From Candidatus Omnitrophota bacterium (GTDB taxonomy: Bacteria; Omnitrophota; Gorgyraeia; Tantalellales; Tantalellaceae), in the NCBI GenBank assembly GCA_049642015.1, contig JBAROI010000054.1, forward strand, positions 553 to 64,552: 64,000 nt of DNA. Reading direction: 5' to 3'. Below are positions 8,055 to 15,716 of this stretch, piece by piece. The notes beneath the pieces were generated by a model. That model searched no databases and was not told where the DNA came from. It was given only the letters and a program-made list of their open reading frames with translations. Position 1 is the stretch's first letter, and each line of letters begins with the position of its first letter. A program made the translations under genes and the position numbers.

Positions 8055-9287
8055 ATGGATAACGAACGGCGGAAAAAGCCCGAACTGGTAGCACCCGCAG
8101 GAGACTGGAGCTCGCTTTACAGCGCTTCCGAGGCCGGCGCTGATGCCGTGTATTTCGGCGTCAAGGGCCTTAACATGCGCGCGAGCGCGAGAAATTTTGA
8201 TATTCTTGAAATAAGAAAAGTAATGGATTTTCTTCGCGGGGAAGGCAGGAAGGGATACCTGGCTTTGAACGTCCTTGTCTATGACCGCGAGATGGACCTG
8301 GCAAGAAAGATCCTGGACGCGGCCCGGGAGGCGGGAGTTGACGCCGTCATCGTCTGGGACATGGCGGCGCTTTCGATCGCGAAGGAACTCGGACTTTGCG
8401 CGCACCTTTCGACCCAGGCGAGTGTCGCCAACCTGCCGGCGCTGAAGGCGTATTCCTCCCTGGGTGTTGACCGGGTCGTATTGGCAAGAGAGTGCGCCTT
8501 AAAAGACATAGAAAATATGATACAGGGCCTCTCCCGGGAAAAAATAAAATGCAGGATCGAGACGTTCATCCACGGGGCGATGTGCGTAAGCGTTTCCGGC
8601 AGATGCTTTCTTTCCCATCATTCTTTTTTCAGGTCGGCGAACAGGGGCGATTGTATCCAGCCATGCAGGAGGGAATTCACCATTATTGATAAGGACAAGG
8701 AGTGCGGTTACGTGCTGGGGGAGGATTACGTATTAAGCGCGAAAGACCTGTGCACCGTAGGATTCATAGACAAACTGATAGAGGCCGGCATTCACGCCTT
8801 CAAGATCGAAGGAAGAATGCGTCCGCCGGAATACGTAAGTGTCGTTACTTCTGTCTACAGGGACGCTATAGATTCGTTTTTTGAAGGCGGTTTTGATGAT
8901 GATAAGAAAGAGGAGCTTTTAAAAAGGCTCGGCCGGTCCTTTAACAGGGGCTTTACGAGCGGGTTCTATTTCGGCAGGCCCGATGATACCGGAGGAAGAG
9001 TAAGCAGGGAGTACGAAAAAGTCTACCTGGGAGAGGTCGTTAAGTTCTATAAAAAAGTAGGCGTTGCCGAGATAATGGTAAGGGGCGAGGCTTTGAACAC
9101 GGGCCAGGAGATATTAGTTACAGGTAAAAAAACGCCTGCCAGCTTTGCCAGGGTGACGGAAATGCAGATAGAACACGAGGCGGTTGAATCGGCCGAAAAG
9201 GGACAGGCTGTAGGGGTTAAACTTCCGTTTGCGGTCCGTCGGGACGATAAAGTTTTTCTCTGGAAGTCAAGTGAGGCCCAAACTTAG
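8055..9287 (+). CDS. peptidase U32 family protein (collagenase-like; RlhA/UbiU-type)
   Basis: ELVAPAGDW...AGADAVYFG N-terminal U32 signature, Cys-rich core, C-terminal beta-barrel domain; start moved from 8010 to in-frame ATG 8055 to avoid overlap with upstream gene. Confidence 0.8.
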   Translation: MDNERRKKPELVAPAGDWSSLYSASEAGADAVYFGVKGLNMRASARNFDILEIRKVMDFLRGEGRKGYLALNVLVYDREMDLARKILDAAREAGVDAVIVWDMAALSIAKELGLCAHLSTQASVANLPALKAYSSLGVDRVVLARECALKDIENMIQGLSREKIKCRIETFIHGAMCVSVSGRCFLSHHSFFRSANRGDCIQPCRREFTIIDKDKECGYVLGEDYVLSAKDLCTVGFIDKLIEAGIHAFKIEGRMRPPEYVSVVTSVYRDAIDSFFEGGFDDDKKEELLKRLGRSFNRGFTSGFYFGRPDDTGGRVSREYEKVYLGEVVKFYKKVGVAEIMVRGEALNTGQEILVTGKKTPASFARVTEMQIEHEAVESAEKGQAVGVKLPFAVRRDDKVFLWKSSEAQT

Positions 9288-9500
9288 CAAAGCTAAGTTT
9301 GGTGGCCGAACTTGACCCAGCCTTCTAAGCTGTTAATGGGCAGTAGTGATTTAAGAGAAAAGTTAACTGAAATACAAAAGGATTTTTGAAACTTACCAGC
9401 ATAGAAGGCTGGGTTTAATTCGCAGACGGCCTAAAAGGCCTACAATTTATGTCGTCCATAGAGGACTCCATAAATTGTCTGCTCATTAAAAAAGGAGGTA
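9268..9500 (+). repeat. family-1 structured intergenic leader element, copy A
   Basis: caagtgaggccc + ccaaacttagc/gctaagtttgg hairpin + gccgaacttgacc + cccag...ctggg stem (75-nt insertion in loop) + tttaattcgcagacggcctaaaaggcc + acaatttatg/cataaattgt hairpin + ctcattaaaaaaggagg SD. Confidence 0.7.
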
Positions 9501-9503
9501 AAG

Positions 9504-9752
9504 ATGAAACTTAATGTGAAAGCTTTTGCTCTGGCGGGCGGCATCCTGTGGGGGGTAAGCATGTTTATTCTTACCTGGTGGATCATGATGTTCACGGGTA
9601 ATACCGGCGACCCTACCATTGTCGGAAAGATGTATTATATAGGTTACAGCATAAGCCCGCTAGGAAGCCTGATAGGCGCGGTGTATGGATTTTTCGACGT
9701 CGGTTTCGCCTGTGCGGTCTTCGCGCTGTTATATAACAAGCTGGCAAAATAG
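9504..9752 (+). CDS. hypothetical small membrane protein
   Basis: 82 aa, two TM helices; AGGAGG SD 6 nt upstream; preceded by family-1 leader element. Confidence 0.4.
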   Translation: MKLNVKAFALAGGILWGVSMFILTWWIMMFTGNTGDPTIVGKMYYIGYSISPLGSLIGAVYGFFDVGFACAVFALLYNKLAK

Positions 9753-9760
9753 CAGGTTTC

Positions 9761-10144
9761 ATGAATAAAACTATCATATTGTTAGTTATGCTCGCGCTTT
9801 TCACGGTTTCCGGATGCGCGCCCGCAGGCGTCATTGTAGTTCATCTCAAGGGCGATGCGGAGATAGAGATCGCCAGAAACCAGGAACTTGAGGTCGAGCT
9901 GGAGGCGAATCCGACTACCGGGTACAGCTGGAGAGTGTCCGGCCTCGCGGATAGCAGCATTCTCCGGCAAAAGGGTGGATCACATTACGAAAGAAAATCA
10001 GATCTTATAGGCGGAGGCGGCATAGAGAAGTATCGTTTCGAGGCGTTAAGAGGAGGACGCGCGGATCTTGTTTTCGAGTATCAAAGGCCGTGGGAAGATA
10101 AAGAACCGGTAAAAAAATATACTCTGGGCGTGGTTGTCCGCTAG
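9761..10144 (+). CDS. chagasin-family peptidase inhibitor I42 (lipoprotein)
   Basis: Lipobox (FTVSGCAP); NPTTGYSW, GGGG and RPWE motifs characteristic of chagasin/I42 inhibitors. Confidence 0.75.
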   Translation: MNKTIILLVMLALFTVSGCAPAGVIVVHLKGDAEIEIARNQELEVELEANPTTGYSWRVSGLADSSILRQKGGSHYERKSDLIGGGGIEKYRFEALRGGRADLVFEYQRPWEDKEPVKKYTLGVVVR

Positions 10145-10191
10145 GTCATGCGGATTTGCTTTTTTACCTGTTACATGATATAAATATAACC

Positions 10192-10839
10192 ATGATCGAT
10201 CTACATACTCATTCAATACTTAGTGACGGAGAACTTATCCCCAGCGAGCTTGCCAGGCGCGCGCAGGTTAACGGCTGCCGGGCCATAGCCATCACGGATC
10301 ACGCGGACCACTCGAATATAGAGATCGTGCTGTCAGGCCTTGTAAAAGTATCGAAGGTCTTGAATAAATACTGGGATATTTTCGTGATACCCGGTGTTGA
10401 GATCACCCACGTTCCGGTAGAAGCGATTCCGGACCTTGTCAGATTCGCGAGAAAGAAGGGTGCCGGGATCGTGGTAGGGCACGGCGAATCTCCCGTTGAG
10501 CCCGTGATACCCGGAACCAACGCCGCAAGCATAAAAGCCGGCGTGGATATATTGGCCCATCCGGGCTTTATTAGCGAGGAAGACGCCCGCCTGGCGGCAA
10601 GCAAGGGGGTATACCTGGAAATAACCTCGAGAAAAGGGCATTCCGAGGGGAATAAGCACGTTTTTGATGTTACCCAAAAGACCGGCGCAAATTTGGTTTT
10701 GTGCACGGATACCCATTCGCCGGAAGACATGCTCACGCCCCAGATCCAGCGCGAAATACTCGCCTCCCTGACGGCTTCAGATGAGGTTAAAAACGGTATT
10801 TTAGCCAATTCCGGGAAAATTTTAGAAGGCCTACGCTAA
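10192..10839 (+). CDS. PHP-domain metal-dependent phosphoesterase
   Basis: MIDLHTHSILSDG start typical of PHP family; HxH and conserved His/Asp positions; start chosen at internal MID of track ORF 10156. Confidence 0.6.
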   Translation: MIDLHTHSILSDGELIPSELARRAQVNGCRAIAITDHADHSNIEIVLSGLVKVSKVLNKYWDIFVIPGVEITHVPVEAIPDLVRFARKKGAGIVVGHGESPVEPVIPGTNAASIKAGVDILAHPGFISEEDARLAASKGVYLEITSRKGHSEGNKHVFDVTQKTGANLVLCTDTHSPEDMLTPQIQREILASLTASDEVKNGILANSGKILEGLR

Positions 10840-10871
10840 AATTTGATTCACCTAACAGGAAGAAAAATCTC

Positions 10872-10899
10872 CCTACTGCACTTGACACTTCCGATTTAC
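10872..10899 (+). promoter_or_regulatory. sigma70-like promoter TTGACA-16-TATACT (extended TGaTATACT)
   Basis: ttgaca at 10872-10877, tatact at 10894-10899; ~265 nt upstream of the outer-membrane protein gene (long 5' UTR). Confidence 0.4.
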
Positions 10900-11165
10900 A
10901 TGATATACTTTCTGAAAATATGGTACTCTTGGCATATTTTGCGCAGGGGTAGATATGTTCTTTTACTTATAATTTTTAGGATGTACAGCCGAGGCAGTTT
11001 CAATTCCGGCAAAGAAAGGGGGGAGGAAATGCATATACAAAAATCCTGCCAGGAACTGTCAATATTGAAGGCGATACTAATATAGAAAAACCAAAAAAGT
11101 AAGCAATTCGCTTGCTTGTTTTAATATTTGTTTAGCTTAAAAAATTACCTTTATAAGGAGGTAAA

Positions 11166-12608
11166 ATGAAGTTATTGAAAGTTTTTTGCGTTCTGGTGCT
11201 TGTGTTCGCGGTATCCGCGATCGCACATGCCGAAACGCAGAGCGTAAAAGTGAGCGGTGATATCACCCAGCGCGCTTTTGCGAGAGGTGATTATGACCTG
11301 GATGAAGGGGATCCGGAAGCCGCAAACGGCACCGAATCCAACGACTGGTCAACTTACCTGTTGAGCACGGTCGAAGTTCAGGTTGATGCTGACCTTACCG
11401 ACAACGTATCCGGTGTTATCAGACTCATCAACCAGAGGGTATGGGGCGATGGTCTGTACCAGAGCAACCCCGCCGGCGGCGAACTGAGAGAGATCAGCCA
11501 GAACGGCGCAGTTGGTGTCAAGGCTGTTGCTCCCGGTTCAGCAGACGCGTTTGAGGTTGGGGTCGACCTGGCCTATATCGAACTGAAAGAGTTCCTATAC
11601 TCTCCTCTTACACTGAGGATAGGTCGTCAGGACCTTTGGTTCGGTAAGGGCTTCATCATTGGCGCGAACCTGAACGATATCGCGGGAAGCATTTTCCCGA
11701 CAGAGTACACTGCGGTCTCTTCATTTGACGCAGTCCGTGCGACGTTGGACTATGATCCCTGGACCATTGACGCTGTTTACGCGAAGATAAGCGAAAACGC
11801 CAGAAGGTCCGATGACGATATCAACCTCTGGGGCGTAAACGTCGGCTACGTTTTCGACGCTTACAACGCAGAAGCTGAAGCTTATTGGTGGTTCAAGGAT
11901 GCCAGGAACCCGGGTGCGGGTGTTGGTAACTCCCTGAACAGCATCGATGGCAAATGCTCCAATGACGTTCACGTTATGGGTGGTCGCGGCAGCTTCGATC
12001 CGATCGAAGACTGGACGATCGCTGTAGAAGGTGCTTATCAGCTCGGCCGTTACATGGTGGCTTCTCAGGTGGATAGAAGAGAAAGAAGCGCCTGGGCGCT
12101 CGACGCGATGATCGAATGCCGCTACTGGCAGGATGATTTCGCGTGGAGACCCGTAATGGGCGTAGAATACGTCTTCTACTCCGGCAACGAGAACATGGGC
12201 AATCAGTTAGCTACGACCAGCGGCGACTGGAAGGGCTGGGACCCGATGTACAGAGGCAAGTTTGACACTGCCATCAGAGAGTTCCAGAACTCGTTTTATG
12301 CCACCGCGATGGCCAGCAGCCCGTCCTACACGAACCAGCATCAGCTGCTCGTTACTGGTGTTGTTGAGCCGACAGACAGCCTTACTTTCAAAGCGAAGTA
12401 CGGCCACTTCTGGCTCGCTGAGGACTGGTCAAGCACCAACACTGACAAGAATGTCGGTGACGAAGTCGATCTACTCCTGACATGGGATTACACCGAGGAC
12501 GTTCAGTTCAGTCTTCTGACTGCATGGTTCTTCCCGGGCGATCACTTCGACGGTGGACAGGATTCAGCAGCTACCGACATAGTCGGTTCTGTAAAGCTCA
12601 GCTTCTAA
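11166..12608 (+). CDS. outer-membrane beta-barrel protein (putative porin)
   Basis: Cleavable signal peptide (AIAHA/ET), alternating amphipathic strands, C-terminal ...SVKLSF (terminal Phe), strong SD AAGGAGG, followed by intrinsic terminator. Confidence 0.55.
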   Translation: MKLLKVFCVLVLVFAVSAIAHAETQSVKVSGDITQRAFARGDYDLDEGDPEAANGTESNDWSTYLLSTVEVQVDADLTDNVSGVIRLINQRVWGDGLYQSNPAGGELREISQNGAVGVKAVAPGSADAFEVGVDLAYIELKEFLYSPLTLRIGRQDLWFGKGFIIGANLNDIAGSIFPTEYTAVSSFDAVRATLDYDPWTIDAVYAKISENARRSDDDINLWGVNVGYVFDAYNAEAEAYWWFKDARNPGAGVGNSLNSIDGKCSNDVHVMGGRGSFDPIEDWTIAVEGAYQLGRYMVASQVDRRERSAWALDAMIECRYWQDDFAWRPVMGVEYVFYSGNENMGNQLATTSGDWKGWDPMYRGKFDTAIREFQNSFYATAMASSPSYTNQHQLLVTGVVEPTDSLTFKAKYGHFWLAEDWSSTNTDKNVGDEVDLLLTWDYTEDVQFSLLTAWFFPGDHFDGGQDSAATDIVGSVKLSF

Positions 12609-12630
12609 GTTAAATACATCTAGCTTAACA

Positions 12631-12668
12631 AAGCCCCGGCTCGCAAAACGAGCCGGGGCTTTTTTTAT
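12631..12668 (+). terminator. rho-independent terminator
   Basis: gccccggctcg-caaaa-cgagccggggc stem-loop followed by T7 run. Confidence 0.8.
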
Positions 12669-12840
12669 ACCTGTCTAGAAGTATGTCATCCCGGGCGACT
12701 TCTGCGAAGCCCTTACTAGTTGACAGGCAAGCTGAAGGGCGAAGCAGAGGAGACCCGGGATCACATAAAAGTTTTATTTGATCCCGGATATTCGCCTTCG
12801 GCGAATTCCGGGATGACATATATTCACTTCGGTGAACCGG
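12669..12840 (+). repeat. structured inverted-repeat region (13-bp perfect IR tatgtcatcccgg/ccgggatgacata with inner UUCG-type hairpins)
   Basis: IR arms at 12682-12694 and 12808-12820; inner hairpins cggatattcgcc-ttcg-gcgaattccg and tcac-ttcg-gtga. Confidence 0.5.
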
Positions 12841-12925
12841 GATTTTTCTATGCGCTATACGCTAGTTATATATTGACTTTTGGGATTTAAACATTAGAAT
12901 ATATAATCAAAACAACATATCACAC

Positions 12926-13936
12926 GTGAAATTTTCAAAAAACTTTATTATAACAATTTCTATTATTATCTTCGTAGCGCTGGCGCTGGCGGGTTTTATG
13001 ATATGGAAGGCGAAAAGGCCGCCGCTGAAAGTCGGGCGCGAAGTAATCCGAGATTTCTCGTTTCCCGATGCTAAAAGCTTGAATGAATGGGAAGATAAGC
13101 TTTTGGCCCGCAGCCGCACTGATTACAGCGTGGCCGAAGAGGCGGGCAAGAGCTGCGTCAAGGCCCAAAGCGAAGATTCGGCATCAGCCCTTTTTTACCA
13201 GCGCAACCTTTTTTTCTTAAAGAGGCCCTTTGTAAGCTGGGACTGGAAGGTGGCGAAATTCCCGGAACGGCAGCAGCAAGAGAACCTTGATAAGAAAGAA
13301 GAGTTTGATTTCGGCGCTCAATTTTACGTTATATTCGCATCCAGGTTCTTTCTTAATACAAAGGCCATCCAGTATGTCTGGACCGAAAAGATGCCGGCGG
13401 GGACGGTCAGTAATAGCCCGTATACAAAAAATGTTAAGATCATGGTCCTTGAATCCGGGCCTTCTGAAGAGTGGAAACACGAAGAGCGGAACATAGAAGA
13501 GGATTTTAGAAATCTTTTTGGCAAGGAACTCAATAAGAACGTGGCCGCGGTAGCGCTTATGTCGGATTCTGACAGCACCGGGACCAGCGCTTTAGCTTAT
13601 TTCAGCAATATTGTACTCGGCTATCTTGGAGTGGATTTGAGCAGGCGAAAGCGCTATGTAAAGAAAAAGCTTGTGCGGTCAAAGCGCTTCCCGTTTAGAA
13701 AGATAGAAGTTGAAGTAGCAGAAGAAGTGGAACCGGCAAAGAAAGTAGAGCCGGTAAAAGAAGTGGTGCCGGCAGAGGAAGTAGAGCCGGTAAAGGAAGT
13801 GGAGCCGGTAGAAGAAATAGCACCCGCAGAAGAAGCAGAACCGATAAAGGAAGAAAAGCCAATAGAAGAAGCAGAACCAGCAAAGGAATTGGAGCCAACA
13901 AAGGAATTGGAGCCAACAAAGGAGGAAAGCCATTAA
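12926..13936 (+). CDS. DUF3047-like protein (paralog 2) with C-terminal E/P/K-rich tandem repeat tail
   Basis: N-terminal TM; core similar to ORF 674..1408; C-terminal (EPxKEx) repeats. Confidence 0.45.
   Translation: MKFSKNFIITISIIIFVALALAGFMIWKAKRPPLKVGREVIRDFSFPDAKSLNEWEDKLLARSRTDYSVAEEAGKSCVKAQSEDSASALFYQRNLFFLKRPFVSWDWKVAKFPERQQQENLDKKEEFDFGAQFYVIFASRFFLNTKAIQYVWTEKMPAGTVSNSPYTKNVKIMVLESGPSEEWKHEERNIEEDFRNLFGKELNKNVAAVALMSDSDSTGTSALAYFSNIVLGYLGVDLSRRKRYVKKKLVRSKRFPFRKIEVEVAEEVEPAKKVEPVKEVVPAEEVEPVKEVEPVEEIAPAEEAEPIKEEKPIEEAEPAKELEPTKELEPTKEESH
13705..13930 (+). repeat. tandem coding repeats (~24-30 nt units, gaagtRgagccggtaaaggaa-like)
   Basis: Direct repeats visible in DNA; encode VEPVKEVEPVEE... 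tail. Confidence 0.6.
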
Positions 13937-13967
13937 GTACTTTAATAGAACCCTACAGACACACAAT

Positions 13968-14342
13968 TTGTTTATCATTGTTCTTTCAATGATCATTCCC
14001 ACGGCGTTTGTCGGCGGCTGCCTCTATTATTTTATTTTTACCGTCATGGCTAAACAGCTTGCGCTGCCCGATGTGATAGCGCTGAACCTCCTGCCGGTAA
14101 TTCACAAGATCAACTACCTGCTCCTTTTGGGGCTTCCGGTCCTTTTTGTTGTGATGCTGGGATGGGCCGTTTTTTTGTCGTACAGGTTCATAGCGCCGCT
14201 GGAACGCCTCGAGGTGGACCTCGAAAAGATCGACAAAGGCGATTATTCCGCACGGCTGCAGATCAATAAAGACCACGATCTGAGCCCGATCGCGGACGTG
14301 ATCAACGATCTTGTCGATAAACTGGAAAGGCAAAAAGGGTAA
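13968..14342 (+). CDS. two-TM protein with stand-alone HAMP domain
   Basis: Two TM helices followed by IAPLERLEVDLEKIDKGDYSARLQI...IADVINDLVDKL (HAMP-like amphipathic helices); no output domain. Confidence 0.45.
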   Translation: MFIIVLSMIIPTAFVGGCLYYFIFTVMAKQLALPDVIALNLLPVIHKINYLLLLGLPVLFVVMLGWAVFLSYRFIAPLERLEVDLEKIDKGDYSARLQINKDHDLSPIADVINDLVDKLERQKG

Positions 14343-14349
14343 ACAGGCG

Positions 14350-15141
14350 ATGGGGATACACCAGACAGCTATCGTGGCAAAAAATACCGAGATCGATGAT
14401 TCCGTGGAGATCGGGCCTAATGTCATAATAGAAGAAAAAGTAAGGATCGATCCTGGCGTTAGGATAATGGCCAACGCGTATATCCACAAAAATACGGAAA
14501 TAGGCGAAGGCACCGTCATCCACCCCGGGGCCGTCATAGGGGGCGAGCCGCAGGATTATTCGTACAAGGGCGGGGAGACTTTCACCAGGATCGGGAAGAA
14601 TAACATCATACGGGAATATGTCACCATTCACCGCGGCACCGAGGAGGGTTCGGCGACCGTGGTCGGTGACAATAATTTCCTGATGGTCCAATCCCACCTC
14701 GGCCATAATTGCAGAATAGAAAATGAAGTGACCATCGCCAACGGGGCGCTTTTGGCGGGACACGTTGAGGTTGAAAAGGGCGCCTTTATATCCGGCAATG
14801 TTGTCTTTCACCAGTTCTGCCGGGTGGGTCGCTACGCGATGATAGGGGGATTCACCGGGGTGAACAAGGATGTCCCGCCGTACATGCTGGTCAGGGGGCC
14901 TTCCGTTATAAGGGGTATCAACCTCGTGGGGCTCCGGCGCGCGGGGTTCAGCAGAGAAGTGATAAAAGAAATAAAAGAGGCGTATAGACTGCTGTTTACC
15001 GCGGGAAGAACGACCCGTGAGGCGGCCGAGAAGATCAGGGAGAACTTGAAGTCCGGCGAGATAGAGCATCTTGTCTCGTTTGTCGAAGCTTCTAAAAGGG
15101 GTATATGCAAGCTTAGGTATAGCAAGGAAGAATATTTTTAA
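14350..15141 (+). CDS. lpxA: acyl-ACP--UDP-N-acetylglucosamine O-acyltransferase
   Basis: Left-handed hexapeptide repeats; IHQTAIVAKNTEIDDSVEIGPN...IGKNNIIREYVTIHRGT aligns with E. coli LpxA N-terminus; start set at MGIHQ (14350) rather than track 14311. Confidence 0.85.
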   Translation: MGIHQTAIVAKNTEIDDSVEIGPNVIIEEKVRIDPGVRIMANAYIHKNTEIGEGTVIHPGAVIGGEPQDYSYKGGETFTRIGKNNIIREYVTIHRGTEEGSATVVGDNNFLMVQSHLGHNCRIENEVTIANGALLAGHVEVEKGAFISGNVVFHQFCRVGRYAMIGGFTGVNKDVPPYMLVRGPSVIRGINLVGLRRAGFSREVIKEIKEAYRLLFTAGRTTREAAEKIRENLKSGEIEHLVSFVEASKRGICKLRYSKEEYF

Positions 15142-15143
15142 AT

Positions 15144-15306
15144 CAAGTGAGGGCCAAACTTAGCTTCGCTAAGTTTGGTGGCCGAACTTGACCCCACACC
15201 CAGAATTACCTGGGTGTGGGGTTTAATTCGCAGACGGCCTAACGGCCTACAATTTATGTCGTCCATAATGGACTCCATAAATTGTCTACTCATTAAAAAA
15301 AGGAGG
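15144..15306 (+). repeat. family-1 structured intergenic leader element, copy B
   Basis: Same modules as copy A; begins 3 nt after lpxA stop. Confidence 0.7.
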
Positions 15307-15312
15307 AGAGGA

Positions 15313-15666
15313 ATGGAAAAAAATGATTTAAACAAGCTGATTAAAAAATACGAGCCTGTCATGAAGAAGACCGGCGAGCAGCTCACGAAGGCAATGAAAA
15401 GCGCCGAGAAAGATGTTTCCAAAATGTATAAAATAGCCCAGACCCACGTAGAGATACAGATGAAGAATCTGCAGAAGGAAAAACTCTACTATGAATTGGG
15501 CAAATACGTTGCGGGAAAACTCAAAAAAGGGGAGATCGAGATCGCCGGCCTTGAAAAGTACAAAAAATCCCTAAGCAAGATCGAGTCCGAAGGGAAAATG
15601 ATGAAAAGCAAATTATCCCGGATCGGAACAGGCAAGGGTAAGGAAAAATCTTCTAAGAAAAAATAA
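15313..15666 (+). CDS. hypothetical Lys-rich coiled-coil protein
   Basis: ORF with strong AGGAGG SD, preceded by family-1 leader element; start at MEKNDL within longer track ORF. Confidence 0.4.
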   Translation: MEKNDLNKLIKKYEPVMKKTGEQLTKAMKSAEKDVSKMYKIAQTHVEIQMKNLQKEKLYYELGKYVAGKLKKGEIEIAGLEKYKKSLSKIESEGKMMKSKLSRIGTGKGKEKSSKKK

Positions 15667-15716
15667 CTTCAGGCCCTTTATATCAGGAATAAGCGGTTAG
15701 ACCGCAGGAGAGAAAA

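Noticed and set aside
7381-8094. 237-aa minus-strand ORF opposite the retropepsin-like protease gene
   Set aside because: It is antisense to a gene with a clear DTGA aspartic-protease motif. Its composition is low-complexity Ser/Leu-rich, typical of a shadow ORF.
10843-11085. 80-aa ORF in the long leader upstream of the outer-membrane protein gene
   Set aside because: It lies in an AT-rich promoter and 5'-UTR region, has no SD and unusual composition. It is more likely untranslated leader.
12897-12908. Promoter for ORF 12926 (TTGACT at 12874 with a -10 near 12897-12907)
   Set aside because: Spacer length is ambiguous: 15-22 nt depending on the hexamer chosen. The GTG start lacks a clear SD. 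Not reported as a feature.
13679-14002. 107-aa Cys/Phe-rich minus-strand ORF with internal repeats
   Set aside because: It is the antisense reading of the E/P/K tandem repeat region of ORF 12926..13936, a repeat-generated artefact.
14302-15069. 255-aa minus-strand ORF opposite lpxA
   Set aside because: lpxA on the + strand has unambiguous hexapeptide-repeat homology. The antisense ORF has no family features.
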